Below are positions 62,607 to 64,000 of a stretch of DNA of 64,000 nucleotides, in pieces. Position 1 is the stretch's first letter; the number at the start of each line of letters is the position of its first letter. Made by a program: the position numbers and the translations under genes. The stretch comes from Tubiluchus corallicola (taxonomy: Eukaryota; Animalia; Priapulida), in assembly GCA_030141605.1 (NCBI GenBank), contig JAQGDQ010000002.1, positions 992,001-1,056,000 of the forward strand, written 5' to 3'. The notes under the pieces were generated by a model. The model was not told the DNA's origin. It was given only the letters and a program-made list of their open reading frames with translations, and made no database searches.

Positions 62607-64000
62607 TATCATTCTCCATGTGTAAAACAAATTAAAGCATTAATCATTGCATTAAATGCCCTCATATCTGAAAAAAATGCATATGAAAATATCAATGCAA
62701 CATTTTCTTATAAGGTCTTTTTTACAGTATACTTAGTATTCATGATAATAAAACAGCAGCTGAGAATGGTCATTCAAGGGTTGATAAGTAATGATATCTC
62801 TAATAAAGAATTCTAATACTGTCGATATGAAAGCAAACATTTTGTGAGGACAACGAGAATTGCATAAAGGCCACAGTGTGTGCTTAGCGATCTAAGTTAA
62901 GTCGAGCCTGATCAGTAAATATGTGGGTCCCAACAGGAAATTGGTTCTAAATGTTTGATTTTCAGACATGCCAACTCACACGCATTAGGCATGTGTCTCA
63001 CGCCTTTTAAGTCTTTCACACGTACAAACGCATCAAATTTCAGCTCTCACACATTTCAAAACCTCACACGCAAGTTTGCAAACAACATTACTTGAATGGC
63101 TTCCTTTGCCAAGTACAACATAATTAGTAGTAGTATTCTCAATAATACAGTAGCGTTCATGAATCTCACAATGTATATTACACTAAAGGGTATCACAATT
63201 AATAAAATTAAGCACTTTTGGGTGCTTTTGAGTTTTTTCATGTGTACAAAAGAACATAATTATTTATATACTAGCTGAACACCGCAAAAAGAATTTTGCG
63301 CATAAATGAACATGCCACATCACCCATACCATACCACCCCACCACACTTCCCATACCACACGAGCACCTCAATTAAGCATCGCAACTAGGCCTTGCTAAA
63401 ACCAACCGACAATTTTTCAACACACTGTTACACACAGCAGGCCAATATCTTTGTGAAATTACTATTTGTGGCAATACGTCTGGATGCCGTGAAATTGTTC
63501 ACTTGTTGTTCATGTCTATGACTATGCACTTGTGGCTTTCTTGTTAATTTAGTAAAAGAAAGTATAAATCTTGCGACGATTGTAAATAACTAAATTGTCA
63601 ACAACTTACTTTTCAATGAACTTAGTGTAATTGCTTTGTGTATGACTTGATTTTTTCCGGTAAACTGGCAAAAAACTAAAAATCTCACTAACCTTCGACA
63701 AATATTCAGTATCCAGAAATTTAGCTCAAATGCAGTATTTTGACAAAATAAAATGTTAAATTGTAGTAATTCTGTTTAAATTCAGTTGGGAGAAAAATAT
63801 TTGCACAAATTCAGTTTCAATTCCAGGTTCGAGAAAATTTTTTGAAAAACTTGTAACCATTTTGGTTCAGAACAATCACGTTCAGCGCATACCTTGAAAC
63901 GGTGGTGATGAACATACGCTGCCAAACTAACCAATGAAACCATTAGTTGTAACCTTTACTACAAACTCTACATATTACAGTGCATTCGAAACTTGTTTAC

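Noticed and set aside
62620-63193. Possible AT-AC intron in the ACTMAP 5' UTR (ATACCCTTT at 63193; ttttacac at 62620)
   Set aside because: A strong ordinary acceptor exists at 62668 and the sequence upstream of the putative donor is not exon-like
1-64000. CRISPR arrays, operons or prokaryotic defence systems
   Set aside because: The DNA is spliceosomal-intron eukaryotic sequence; repeats are microsatellites, two-copy duplications or TE subterminal repeats without unique spacers

Overview
AT-rich, intron-containing animal (invertebrate-type) genomic DNA, not prokaryotic. Manual splicing gives six protein-coding genes. They are PPP2R3C (minus strand, runs off the left edge), a TRAF3-like TRAF (plus, 11 coding exons), a two-exon GT32 alpha-1,4-glycosyltransferase (A4GALT/A4GNT-like) nested antisense in the 11-kb TRAF intron, TRAPPC6B (minus) head-to-head with an unusually long pinin/PNN (plus; start codons 230 bp apart), and ACTMAP/C19orf54 (minus). 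Introns hold many decayed LINEs and MITEs, several nested inside one another. The most notable observations are: three of five ACTMAP coding introns are non-canonical (two U12-type, one GC-AG); a candidate poison exon and a ULM-like motif in PNN; a LINE tail abutting and duplicating a TRAPPC6B splice donor; a 3.5-kb nested inverted-repeat structure; and gene content matching the human chr14/19q13 paralogon. Gene names come from my recall of protein motifs; no database search was run. Exon coordinates were read by hand.
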